64,000 nucleotides of DNA from Candidatus Helarchaeota ASGARD archaeon Hel_GB_B (lineage in GTDB: Archaea > Asgardarchaeota > Lokiarchaeia > Helarchaeales > HEL-GB-B), in the NCBI GenBank assembly GCA_005191425.1, contig SUPR01000005.1, forward strand, positions 344 through 64,343. The letters are read 5' to 3'. The translations under genes and the position numbers were made by a program. This document shows, in pieces, positions 28,994 through 38,898 of the stretch (positions are counted from its first letter, which is position 1; each line of letters begins with the position of its first letter). The notes beneath the pieces are model-generated. The model did no database searches, was not told the origin of the DNA, and saw only the letters and a program-made list of their open reading frames with translations.

Positions 28994-29851
28994 TTAAATT
29001 ATAATGTGTATTGTCCCCTCAAACACTTCTTCTGCGGGTCCAGTCATGTAGACATCTGTACGATTCTCCCAAAAAATTTCAAGTTCTCCCCCTTTTAAGT
29101 GAACTATTGCCTTATTTTCAATTTTTGAATTAAGTATTGCAGCTACAACTGAGGCACATGCACCAGTCCCACAAGCTAAAGTCTCTCCGACCCCTCTTTC
29201 CCATACCCGTATTTTAATTTCTTTTTTGTTTAAGATTTGTACAAATTCTACATTTATTCGGTCAGGAAACTTTTTATCAATCTCAATTTTTCTCCCTAAA
29301 TTTATATCAATTTCATTTATATCATCAACAAAAACTATACAATGCGGATTGCCCATATTTACACACGTTATATGGACTACCTCATTATCAACAATAAACT
29401 CTTCATTTATGACTTTACCTTCAGGTCCAATCATTGGTATCTGTGATCTTAATAGTCTAGGAGTTCCCATATTAACTTTAATACCAACAATTTCTCCGTT
29501 CTCAAACAATAATTCTGGAACAATCAGCCCTGCTTTTGTTTCAATTTTATAGTATTTTTTCTTTTTAATATTATGTGTATAAAGATATTTTACAAACATC
29601 CTAATACCGTTTCCGCACATCTCAGCTTCGGAACCGTCCGGGTTGAAAATTTGCATTTGGTAATCAAATTGGTCTGAAGTTGGAGATTGTGCAAATAAAA
29701 TTCCATCAGACCCAATAGAAAAATGTCTTTGACATAATTTTCTTGCTAATAAACTTTTAGTCCTAAAATTATCTGGGAGTTTGTTTTCATCTATATTAAT
29801 AATTATGTAATCATTTCCTAAACCATGATATTTATAAAAATGGATGTCCAC
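28994..29851 (-). CDS. dapF: Diaminopimelate epimerase
   Basis: 285 aa. YHGLGNDYIIIN start. Catalytic Cys motifs NPDGSEAEMCGNGIR and GTGACAS. Confidence 0.9.
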   Translation of the reverse strand: MDIHFYKYHGLGNDYIIINIDENKLPDNFRTKSLLARKLCQRHFSIGSDGILFAQSPTSDQFDYQMQIFNPDGSEAEMCGNGIRMFVKYLYTHNIKKKKYYKIETKAGLIVPELLFENGEIVGIKVNMGTPRLLRSQIPMIGPEGKVINEEFIVDNEVVHITCVNMGNPHCIVFVDDINEIDINLGRKIEIDKKFPDRINVEFVQILNKKEIKIRVWERGVGETLACGTGACASVVAAILNSKIENKAIVHLKGGELEIFWENRTDVYMTGPAEEVFEGTIHIII

Positions 29852-29918
29852 GAACTTATCTCTCTCCAGATTTTAAACAAAATAAATAAAATAAGATAAA
29901 TTAATTGATTGTAAAAAA

Positions 29919-31064
29919 TTATTCATTATATTCATGTTGGTCCTTTAAAAGTCGTTCTGGAATGTTATCTTCTCCAATAATTTCAAGCGAATATCCTAGA
30001 CCATATCTTGCTCCACCTACAACACTTTGCCAGCCAGCTTTTGCTATACTTCTAGCCACTCTTTCTGCAGACCTTTTCTCCACAAAACCAATGTTCTTTG
30101 TCCATGTCATTATCCATTTTTCTTTTGGTTTATCTAATGTTAAGAAGATACCATCACCTGAAACCTCTGGTACTGTAATAAATTCCTTACCATTATATTT
30201 TAAATAAATGATATCCATTTTGCCTTTAATCATTTTTTCAGTTGGTTTTAAGCCTTCATATTTTATTCTTAAATCTTCTAGTTCTTTATTATGTTGATCT
30301 TCTAGTTCTTCTATCCTTTTATTAAATTCTGTTTCAAGAGTTTTTTTCTGCTCTTCTAATGCATTATTTTTCTCTTCTTCCAATTTCTTTTTTTCTGATT
30401 CAAAATCTTTTTCCATTTGACTAATTTTCTGGTTTAATTCAGATTTCTCATTTTCTAAAGACTCAATTTTTTCATTCAAATCTTTTAATAGGTTCTCTTT
30501 TTCCTCTTGAAGGTTTTTTAAATCACTTTCCAGTTTAAAATTTTTATCTGACAAATTATTTATTTCTGCATTCAACTTTTTAATTTCAGACTCTGAACTT
30601 GTTTTTAGTTTGTTAATTTCAGACTCTGAATTTGTTTTTAGTTCGTTAATTTCTTTTTCTGCTCCATTTAACGATTCTTGTAATTGAGCTATCTGCTGAT
30701 CTTTCTCATTAATTTCTACGTTTAAAGATTCTATCTGATTTTTATAATTATTCTCGATATTTTTAAATTCTTCATTTGTTTTATCCATTTCTTCTTTTAA
30801 CATTTTGTTAACATTTATATTTTCCTGGATTTCATTGTTTAACTTGTTTATTTCTTCTTTAAATTTATTTTTCAAATCATTTATTTCAGTATTTAATTTT
30901 GAAACCACATTATTAAGTTCATTTATTTTCCGTTTCTGAGATTCAATCTCACTTTTTTGAGATTGCACCGTATCTCTATAATTTAAAATAATTGTACCTT
31001 CAATTTTATATTGTTTCTCTGGTTTTTCTTTAATTTTTTCGAAATCAATGGACATAAAAATCAC
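29919..31064 (-). CDS. Long coiled-coil protein with globular C-terminal domain
   Basis: 381 aa. About 250 aa of heptad-rich E/K/N/L sequence including repeated KLKTxSESEI units. The C-terminal ~110 aa (…WTKNIGFVEKRSAERVARSIAKAGWQSVVGGARYGLGY…) is non-repetitive. Confidence 0.5.
   Translation of the reverse strand: MIFMSIDFEKIKEKPEKQYKIEGTIILNYRDTVQSQKSEIESQKRKINELNNVVSKLNTEINDLKNKFKEEINKLNNEIQENINVNKMLKEEMDKTNEEFKNIENNYKNQIESLNVEINEKDQQIAQLQESLNGAEKEINELKTNSESEINKLKTSSESEIKKLNAEINNLSDKNFKLESDLKNLQEEKENLLKDLNEKIESLENEKSELNQKISQMEKDFESEKKKLEEEKNNALEEQKKTLETEFNKRIEELEDQHNKELEDLRIKYEGLKPTEKMIKGKMDIIYLKYNGKEFITVPEVSGDGIFLTLDKPKEKWIMTWTKNIGFVEKRSAERVARSIAKAGWQSVVGGARYGLGYSLEIIGEDNIPERLLKDQHEYNE
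30587..30652. repeat. Two tandem copies of a 33-bp repeat inside the coiled-coil gene
   Basis: cagactctgaacttgtttttagtttgttaattt and cagactctgaatttgtttttagttcgttaattt differ at 2 positions. Each encodes an 11-aa unit. Confidence 0.8.
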
Positions 31065-31253
31065 TCTCTTTATATTTTAACAATCCATATCATATCTATA
31101 CTTTTTATTATATTAAATTATAAATCATGAAAATAATGATTTAATGATAAATTGGTGTTTTTTTATTTTAATATTACTCATTAAAAATCTTATCAATACA
31201 AAAATATTTAAAAAAAATCGAAAAAATCAATTTTTGGTTAAAAAAATAGAAGA

Positions 31254-31829
31254 TTAATAGGGTTCTTCTGGAATTAACGACCAAACGAATAGAACTGAGA
31301 GAACAACGCAAAGATAAATCCCTGGTATTCCCATTAAATCAACTAGAAAGAAATATGTACAAACTGCAAATATAGCGCTTAGTAATCCTATTGCAATATA
31401 GCCCCATATATTATTTTTTAATATTCTTGGATTTAAATGTTCAAATAGTTGCGCACCTATTCCAACACAGAATGCAATTAATAAAATGGGCGTTGAAGGT
31501 AAATATGCACTTGTCATGAAATAAATATAAAATAGATATGCAATAAATGCTGATATTGCTGCAAAAAATAGTCCCATACATGTAGCTCTATATAATCTAT
31601 TTCTTGTTTTTACAAATATTGGCCAAATAAATGCTAAAATCCAAATTGTAATTAGAGTTGATGTATAGAGTCCTGTATTTATAAAACCCAGTCTATTCAA
31701 TTCAATAAAAGCAACTACTACTACTCCAATTACTATACCTACTAATATTAATTGGAATTGCCATCTAAACCGATATCCTTTTTCTATATCCTTTAAAAGA
31801 GCTTCTCCTTCTTCATCAATATCTGCCAA
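31254..31829 (-). CDS. Hypothetical polytopic membrane protein
   Basis: 191 aa with 5-6 predicted TM helices and an acidic N-terminus. Confidence 0.45.
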   Translation of the reverse strand: MADIDEEGEALLKDIEKGYRFRWQFQLILVGIVIGVVVVAFIELNRLGFINTGLYTSTLITIWILAFIWPIFVKTRNRLYRATCMGLFFAAISAFIAYLFYIYFMTSAYLPSTPILLIAFCVGIGAQLFEHLNPRILKNNIWGYIAIGLLSAIFAVCTYFFLVDLMGIPGIYLCVVLSVLFVWSLIPEEPY

Positions 31830-31848
31830 TTTATATCACCTCTTTATA

Positions 31849-32847
31849 TTATGCTGGTACCATTGCAGATCCACGACTACGCCAAAGCATTAATGTTTTA
31901 GCATTTCGTTTTCTCCATCCAAGGCTCTTAAGCTGTAATGACCTTAATACGAAAAACATTTCTCGAGGATATGGCATATTCTTGAACACCTTTATTTTTG
32001 ATTTTGATATTGATTTTGCTTTTCCCTTGCTTTTTCCTGTTAATTCAGTTGGTTCTCTGATAGTAGAACTTGAAATACGGATATTTCCTACAGGAATTGG
32101 GAGAAAATAATTCAAGAATTTTTGAGTACCACTTATATCTATATCAATATTTCGTATACCACCTCGCATTATTCTCCCTGATAATTCATCTGAATAACTT
32201 ACATCATATGAAATACCTGATAAAGCTCCTACTACCACTTGAAACCTTTCTCTACCCCAAATCTTAACAAGATCATCTGAAATGTCCGATAATATAAGGC
32301 CTATCATGATAATATATAATAAAATTGCTCCAATATCCAAGTCCGATGGTACATGTCCAGTAGCAGACTGAATCAAACTAATTAACCATCCTTTTGACTC
32401 AGGAACAAAAAATACTACCATTGCAAAGATTGCAGCCCCTACAAAAAACCCATAAATTAAAAAGAATTCTATATGTGATAAAAACGGGTTCTGATAAGCT
32501 GCATATAAGAGATTATCATCTTTAGTTAATCTACTAGCTCGGATCATATCTTTTTCAGATAGAAAGACAAGCGGGTCATTTAATCTATACCAAGCACCTC
32601 TTCTAATAAGTACGCCTGATTTTGTTAATTGATTAAGGGAATTCATTATTGCTGGCTCTGGTAAGTCAACTTTCTTTTGTAAATCGGCTAATTTAAAGCC
32701 ACGTTCATCTAAAAAACTTGTTACAATCACGTCCACTACTTCATTAATCCCTTTAACATTTTGTTTAAACCATATTATAAGAAACCCAATAATAAAAGCA
32801 ATGATGGGTACTATTAAAAGAAGTCCTTCAATTACCAAGTTTGACAT
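31849..32847 (-). CDS. Membrane-anchored protein with winged-helix-like segment
   Basis: N-terminal TM. wHTH-like LADLQKKVDLPEPAIMNSLNQLTKSGVLIRR. Further TM helices. The R/S/K-rich C-terminus could be a frame artefact. Confidence 0.4.
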   Translation of the reverse strand: MSNLVIEGLLLIVPIIAFIIGFLIIWFKQNVKGINEVVDVIVTSFLDERGFKLADLQKKVDLPEPAIMNSLNQLTKSGVLIRRGAWYRLNDPLVFLSEKDMIRASRLTKDDNLLYAAYQNPFLSHIEFFLIYGFFVGAAIFAMVVFFVPESKGWLISLIQSATGHVPSDLDIGAILLYIIMIGLILSDISDDLVKIWGRERFQVVVGALSGISYDVSYSDELSGRIMRGGIRNIDIDISGTQKFLNYFLPIPVGNIRISSSTIREPTELTGKSKGKAKSISKSKIKVFKNMPYPREMFFVLRSLQLKSLGWRKRNAKTLMLWRSRGSAMVPA

Positions 32848-33114
32848 CGTAATTATTGCTCCTTAAATCTTTATATCAAATCATTATTTATTAGATATTT
32901 TTATTATTAAAATCCCTTTTTTAAAAATTATTTGCTTTTATATATTTTATTACGTTTTAATAGAAATTTAATTATTTAAAAAAATTCCTAATTTTTAGTA
33001 ATGTATTTAATTAGAAACGACAAAAATAAAATTAATAAAAGATGGTATTTTTAACTTAATATTGATTACACAATAATCTTTTTTAAAATTTCATATATTA
33101 ATGGTGTAATAAAA

Positions 33115-33807
33115 ATGAACCTCTATGATTTGTATGTCATTTACAAAGGTGGGCAGACTATATATCATAAAAGATTTGGGGTTGTCCAAATAGACCAAGA
33201 TTTAATAACGGCATTTTTAACTGCTATTGACAATTTTAGTAAAGAAGTACTCCCATCTTCTGAGCCACTTAAAGTCATTGAAAAAGGTGACTCAAAAGTA
33301 TTAATGGCATATAGCCCTGATTTAGTTCTCGCATTGGTCTGCAATACAAAAAATAGCGAAGAGATGGAAGAACTTAGGACAACATTAGAAAAAATTCTTT
33401 ATGAAATCTTACAAACATATGCTGAATTCTTGAAGACATGGCGTGGCAATTTAAGAGAATTAGAGGGCATTGGAGAAATAATTGAAGCAAATGTCCAAGA
33501 TTTATTGAAAAAAACACCACCACCTCCGTTAATGACGCTTATTGAAAGTCCTGATAACTTTTATTTTAATACTGATGATAGAGGTATTAATCTATATAAT
33601 ACTTTATTGAGAGACTCTAAAGGATTTGGGATGTTTATAAACAAATTACATGTCCCTATTGAATATTGTGATATGATCTTGAATGAAATTCACCCTTATA
33701 AGAAAAATGCTACCCAGATTGCAGACTCAATTGGAATTGATACTAATATTATAATGGCAATTTTGCGGACATTCAGAATAAGAGGTATTGTGAATATTTG
33801 GATGTAA
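33115..33807 (+). CDS. Longin/roadblock-like domain protein with C-terminal HTH-like segment
   Basis: N-terminal beta-beta-alpha-beta-beta-beta-alpha pattern (LYVIYKGGQTIYHKRF..LITAFLTAIDNFSKEV..LKVIEKGDSKVLMAYSPDLVLALVCN..EELRTTLEKILYEILQTY). C-terminal ATQIADSIGIDTNIIMAILRTFRIRGIV resembles an HTH. Homologous to 36362..37219 and 45288..46136. Confidence 0.4.
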   Translation: MNLYDLYVIYKGGQTIYHKRFGVVQIDQDLITAFLTAIDNFSKEVLPSSEPLKVIEKGDSKVLMAYSPDLVLALVCNTKNSEEMEELRTTLEKILYEILQTYAEFLKTWRGNLRELEGIGEIIEANVQDLLKKTPPPPLMTLIESPDNFYFNTDDRGINLYNTLLRDSKGFGMFINKLHVPIEYCDMILNEIHPYKKNATQIADSIGIDTNIIMAILRTFRIRGIVNIWM

Positions 33808-34062
33808 TACAAATTTGTTTTTGTGATTTTTGTGTATTTATATATCAAATCTCCTTTTTTATTTTCTTTTTTCATTATTTTGAGACTTTTATGTGAAATT
33901 AAATTTAAAAAATCTGTAATTTGATAATAATTTTTGAAAATTTATTACTCTTTAATGTAATTATCCAATTTCTATCTGTAAAATTAGCCAAGATACAATT
34001 TAATGGAACTAAAAAATAGAGAAATGATTTTTTTTTACTTTAAGATTAAAATAGGTCATTCT

Positions 34063-34275
34063 TTATGTTTCAGACATTATTAATGCAATTTTTCTTACAA
34101 CTGCGGCTAATACTCCTCCTATTGCAATGACTGCGACCCCTGCTATCATACCAAAAATATTTAAATTGATTGCTTCATGACCAATCATATATCCTCCAAT
34201 GAAAAAAATCATTCCCATAATAAATGCTATCATATTTCTTATTGATTTTAAATGCTTTTTAATATTTTCGTCCAA
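34063..34275 (-). CDS. Small two-TM membrane protein
   Basis: 70 aa with two clear hydrophobic helices. Confidence 0.3.
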   Translation of the reverse strand: MDENIKKHLKSIRNMIAFIMGMIFFIGGYMIGHEAINLNIFGMIAGVAVIAIGGVLAAVVRKIALIMSET

Positions 34276-35107
34276 TATTAGTCCACCTTTTTTAATTTTT
34301 CAAATTAAACCAAATTAACAAATTTCTTTTGCATAGAAAAAATTTTGCTAATATATTGTTTTCATTATTTTATATGAATTTAAATTAAAATTTTGTATAA
34401 TATTCAGTTTGTTTAATTTTTAATTTATTCTCTTAATGTTCCATTTTTTTAAAAAAGATTAAAATTTTGATCGTAAATGTATTTTTTTATATTTTTTCCA
34501 ACTTTTTAGATTGATTACAATCAGTCTTATTACTGACCTATTTTTTTTAGTATAAGACTTGTATCTTGAATTTTTTTATATTTGAAAATACAATATTAAG
34601 AAAAAAAGCAATTTCTATGACCTTTTTAAAAGGTATGTGATAAGCTCTTAAATTTAACGGCTTTTTCATTATTGGAGACTTTTTTTAATTATTTTAGATT
34701 AAGTATTAGTAAATTTGTATATTATGTAATTAAATTCTAATATTATTAGACTTATAGTTTCTATAAAAAATCTTCTTAAGACTTAATTTGGATTTTAGTC
34801 TGTAAATTTTTTCAAAATAATATCTCTGATTAAAATTCTCGTATAAAATTGAATGGAATATTTATTTTTAATATGTATTTTAATTTTTCTTATTAAAAAA
34901 ATCCAAGTAATTTAGTGATTTAATATATATATAGAAGTTATATAGAAGTTTTGTTAGATAATTATAAAAATGTAATAAAGAAAGTAATAAAAATTTAAAA
35001 ATTGAAAATATTTCATTAATATTAAGGGAATTCAAATTCTAATATAGAATATCAATTCATTTGTAAAATTCCAATAAAAAGACGGATTTCATTAAATTCA
35101 ATTAAAA

Positions 35108-36136
35108 ATGATAAGAATGGAAGATTTTGATATATTTGCTGTATCGCAAGGTTTAAAATGGTTGATGAGGACATTTTTCAAACAAATGGCAATGAAAGAG
35201 GGATTAAATAAATTATTGAATGAAGGAAAATCTTTCGTACAAATAGTAGAAGCACAAGGTTATAAAAATTTAAGGCTAGCAGAAGCATTTATATCTTTTT
35301 TGGAGTCTGAAAACATTTTAATGAAGGATGGTGGAAAATTCAAATGGATTGATAGACCTGAAAAAGTAAAAGGAAAAATAGTATTAGAAGAAGAGGCTAG
35401 AGCCCAAAAAATGGTCCAAGAAAAGGCACTTCCTTTATTTGGAATTTTAAATAATTATATTCAACAATTACCTGATGTTTTAAGAGGTCAAGATACTCAT
35501 AGAGCTCCTGAATTAGTAATATGGGACGCTTTATCTGAAACTGAGTTTTACAATTATTTAAGATATCAAGCAATTATGATTGGGGAACTCCCTAAAAATT
35601 CAATTTTATTGGATATTGGGTGTAAAACAGGTTGGTCTACCATCAACCTCATTGAATATTTAGACCCAGTTAAAGTTTATGCTTTAGAAGCAGATGAAAA
35701 TATGATCGACTTAGCTTATGAAAATTGTTTAGCCAAGGGGTTCTCAGAGAAAGTAGAATTTATTCCTATTGACTTTTTGGACGAAAGTAAATTTCTTGAT
35801 TTAAACATTAGAGCTGATGGCGGTTTTTTTAATTTATTTTTTAACAACTATACTGATGATCAAATGGCTGATATTTTATATAATATTAGAAATCTTCTTA
35901 AAACAAATGCCAAAATTGCAGGATTACAGCCAATTAAAGATTCAGATGCTATAACTCCTGCTGAATTATTATTATTTGCTGATAAAACTTTTTTAGGTTA
36001 TCCTGAGTACACTGCATTTAAAAATTCATTTGTTAGAGCAGGATTTACTCCACCTAAAATTGAAAGTAGCATGTATTTTTCTACTACTTTTGAAATGGAG
36101 GTCGAAAAGGAACCTAAATTAGGTAAAGGAAAATAA
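35108..36136 (+). CDS. Class I SAM-dependent O-methyltransferase with N-terminal winged-helix dimerisation domain
   Basis: Motif I LLDIGCKTGWSTINL. Acidic motif II (ALEADE). The N-terminal ~90 aa is wHTH-like, as in COMT-type O-methyltransferases. Confidence 0.7.
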   Translation: MIRMEDFDIFAVSQGLKWLMRTFFKQMAMKEGLNKLLNEGKSFVQIVEAQGYKNLRLAEAFISFLESENILMKDGGKFKWIDRPEKVKGKIVLEEEARAQKMVQEKALPLFGILNNYIQQLPDVLRGQDTHRAPELVIWDALSETEFYNYLRYQAIMIGELPKNSILLDIGCKTGWSTINLIEYLDPVKVYALEADENMIDLAYENCLAKGFSEKVEFIPIDFLDESKFLDLNIRADGGFFNLFFNNYTDDQMADILYNIRNLLKTNAKIAGLQPIKDSDAITPAELLLFADKTFLGYPEYTAFKNSFVRAGFTPPKIESSMYFSTTFEMEVEKEPKLGKGK

Positions 36137-36361
36137 AATAAAAAGTAGAAAATTAAATATTATAAACATAGCTTTAGAAGGTAGATTTAAATTAACTCAA
36201 TTTTTGAGAAAATTCCTGAACCTCTTCTTTACAATGTCCTTGAAAGATATATTAAATTTAATTCAAAAGCAAGATATTTTTTTAGTTCGGGAGAATTAGA
36301 AAGTATAAAAAAGGCTAAAAAGGTTTTTGAGAATAATGATTTAGCTAAATATAAGGAAGAC

Positions 36362-37219
36362 TTGCTTAATGAATATATTAAAGAAGGTTGGAGTAATATT
36401 GAAGAATTTGATATTAATAATTGTCCCATAATATTTCTTAAAAGGGGTTCAGATAAACTTATTTTAATACTTGCAACAATGGACAATAAAACTTATTTAT
36501 ATTCTCAATTATACCTAAAAGAAGAAAATAAAGATAAAGTGAAACTAAATTTAATTGAAAACTCTCAGGTCTCTATTAATTTAGGCGATATTTTAGACCA
36601 TTTATATGCCCTTTATGTTTTTTATTTCAATGGTACTACTATTTTTGAATATCAATTTAAAGAACAGAAAATCGATAGCGACCTATTCACGAGTATTCTC
36701 TCAGCAATTAGTGATGTTTTAAAAGAAGCAACAGGTAATTTAAGTAATATTAAAGAAATTTCTCAAGAAAATTTATATATTATTTTTGAACATGAAAAAC
36801 TTTTTTCTACTATTTTATTGTGTGATATAAATATTCCCAATATCCGTATTATCCTTAAAGAATTTAATAACACTTTTTTAAGAAATTTTAACGAATATTT
36901 AAAAAATTGGACTGGTGAAGTTAGTAAATTTAAAAATACAATAAATATTATCAATGATATTTTCAAAGTTGATAAATTAAAAGATAAACTAAATAAAATT
37001 AATATCGCAACCGACAAAACGAATAATTTGGAACAAACAAATTATATAAATAGTCCAAAAGATTCAGAAAATAATAATATAACAGAGAAAACATTTTATT
37101 ATTATTGTGAATCATGCAAACAGTGGTATAAAGTAAATTTTGAAGGTGTTTATTCTTGTTTATATTGTGGAAATATTTTAATTAATAAAACAGATTTTGT
37201 TTTAAAATATAAACAGTAA
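36362..37219 (+). CDS. Longin/roadblock-like domain protein with C-terminal Zn-ribbon
   Basis: Central region LYALYVFYFNGTTIFEYQF...DLFTSILSAISDVLKE...LYIIFEHEKLFSTILLCD...YLKNWTG aligns with 33115..33807. C-terminus has CESCKQ...CLYCG (C-x2-C-x13-C-x2-C). Confidence 0.4.
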   Translation: MLNEYIKEGWSNIEEFDINNCPIIFLKRGSDKLILILATMDNKTYLYSQLYLKEENKDKVKLNLIENSQVSINLGDILDHLYALYVFYFNGTTIFEYQFKEQKIDSDLFTSILSAISDVLKEATGNLSNIKEISQENLYIIFEHEKLFSTILLCDINIPNIRIILKEFNNTFLRNFNEYLKNWTGEVSKFKNTINIINDIFKVDKLKDKLNKINIATDKTNNLEQTNYINSPKDSENNNITEKTFYYYCESCKQWYKVNFEGVYSCLYCGNILINKTDFVLKYKQ

Positions 37220-37238
37220 TAATTATAAGGAATATACA

Positions 37239-38051
37239 ATGAAATTCTGCTTTTATAAATCTAATTACAAGATATCTTATGATAAATCCATAATAAATGA
37301 TTACAAATTTAAAAATATTAGAATTGAACTAAAGTACCTTTTATGTGGTCCACCTGCTTCTCCAGAAGAAGGTATTTATTATAGAATTCTTACCTCAAAA
37401 AAAAGAAGGTCAATTTGTATCCAAAATATCTTTTTTTATAAAATTCAACGTTTTCCTTTTCATATTCACGATTATCATCCTTTTTATATATATTTAGACC
37501 TAAATAGACGGGTTAAGTTTATTTTAATAGACGATGGACACCATTTTTCAAAAAAAATATCTATCCCACAAAATTCTAAAATAAAAAAAGTAACTATAAC
37601 GGTTTTTCTTCCAGACCACGGATTAACTAATAAATTAAGCAAATTTGGGAAAATTTTTAAACCTAAACTAATCCCACTAATGCATCAAAAAATTTTAGAG
37701 TGGTGGACATACGATAATATGGCGCAACTCAAACTAAGGACAAAATTAATAGATCCTTGGGCAGATGGTTTAATTCCAGACAAAGCTATGGAAAATGACT
37801 CAATATTAAACAGAATAAATTATATTTTACCTATGAAAATACTACCAAAATCTGAAAATAATTTGTTTTACTCATTTAGAGATGAAGCGTTATGTCCAAT
37901 TTGTAATAAAATATACTTATTAGATTTAATGCATGTTCATAGAAATAGTTCTGTTAATAAATATTACTTAATTAAAAAACAGAAATGTATAAATGGGCAT
38001 GAATTTACAATAAAGTACGATTTTGAAACTGGGAAAATAAAATCGTATTAA
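37239..38051 (+). CDS. Hypothetical protein with C-terminal Cys/His cluster
   Basis: 270 aa. CPICNK...LMHVHR...KCINGH suggests a zinc-binding module. No other motif recognised. Confidence 0.4.
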   Translation: MKFCFYKSNYKISYDKSIINDYKFKNIRIELKYLLCGPPASPEEGIYYRILTSKKRRSICIQNIFFYKIQRFPFHIHDYHPFYIYLDLNRRVKFILIDDGHHFSKKISIPQNSKIKKVTITVFLPDHGLTNKLSKFGKIFKPKLIPLMHQKILEWWTYDNMAQLKLRTKLIDPWADGLIPDKAMENDSILNRINYILPMKILPKSENNLFYSFRDEALCPICNKIYLLDLMHVHRNSSVNKYYLIKKQKCINGHEFTIKYDFETGKIKSY

Positions 38052-38884
38052 AAATTTCGTTCAAAGTCTTTAATTTTTTTATATTTATAATTTAATGATT
38101 CTATAAAAGGTATTATTTTTTTTCTTTGGATCGAATTTGTACCTTTCCAATCAAAAACAAAAGCTTCAATTGGTTCTTTAGATTTTTTTATACATTCAGA
38201 AATCATTTTTTTACTAAGGGAATCAATAAAATATTTCGGGATTATATGGGAAACTGTAAAATTTATGTCTGGATTACCAACAACTTTAGAGAATTTTTGA
38301 GCATAATGCGGACCACCTATTCCAATATAATTTTTATAGACCTTTTTTGATTCTGCTACTTTAATAATTGCATAAGAAACAGCTAAAGCGCCTTTAGCAT
38401 TTTTCCATTCCTTTGGTGTGCTACCTAATTCAATGAAAACTAATGGAGTGTCTAATTGTGTTGGCCCATGATGTGTAACTTCTAAGCTAACATCAAAATC
38501 ATCCAATTCTAACTGTTCCTTTTGATTTTTTAATTCAATTAATGCTGTTTTCATAGCTGACCCTGAAGAGAATGCTATTTCATTTGGTCTTCCCCCATAA
38601 TCAGCATTATCACCCCAATTACCAGTGCAATGTACTAATAGTGATGGTCTACCAGACTCTGATTTATGCTGACTTCCGAAAATAAGTAAATCACTTCTTA
38701 AAATATCTAAATGGTCGCAATAAAGTAATTCTCTATTTGTTGTAATTAATCTTATTTCATTCTTTGTCCAAATATCGTTTCCCTCAAATTTTTTATTAAT
38801 CTTTTTAAAACCGAAATTTTCAGTTAATTGTTTAAAAATAGATTGTCCTGCTAAATCTTTAGAGGAAATAATTATATCTGGCAT
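38048..38884 (-). CDS. Possible archaeal-type D-aminoacyl-tRNA deacylase (DtdA-like)
   Basis: 278 aa. Overall size and layout and a THHGP segment are reminiscent of the PF04414 family. Assigned from memory of that family only. Confidence 0.4.
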   Translation of the reverse strand: MPDIIISSKDLAGQSIFKQLTENFGFKKINKKFEGNDIWTKNEIRLITTNRELLYCDHLDILRSDLLIFGSQHKSESGRPSLLVHCTGNWGDNADYGGRPNEIAFSSGSAMKTALIELKNQKEQLELDDFDVSLEVTHHGPTQLDTPLVFIELGSTPKEWKNAKGALAVSYAIIKVAESKKVYKNYIGIGGPHYAQKFSKVVGNPDINFTVSHIIPKYFIDSLSKKMISECIKKSKEPIEAFVFDWKGTNSIQRKKIIPFIESLNYKYKKIKDFERNF

Positions 38885-38898
38885 AAATTATTCCTTTT

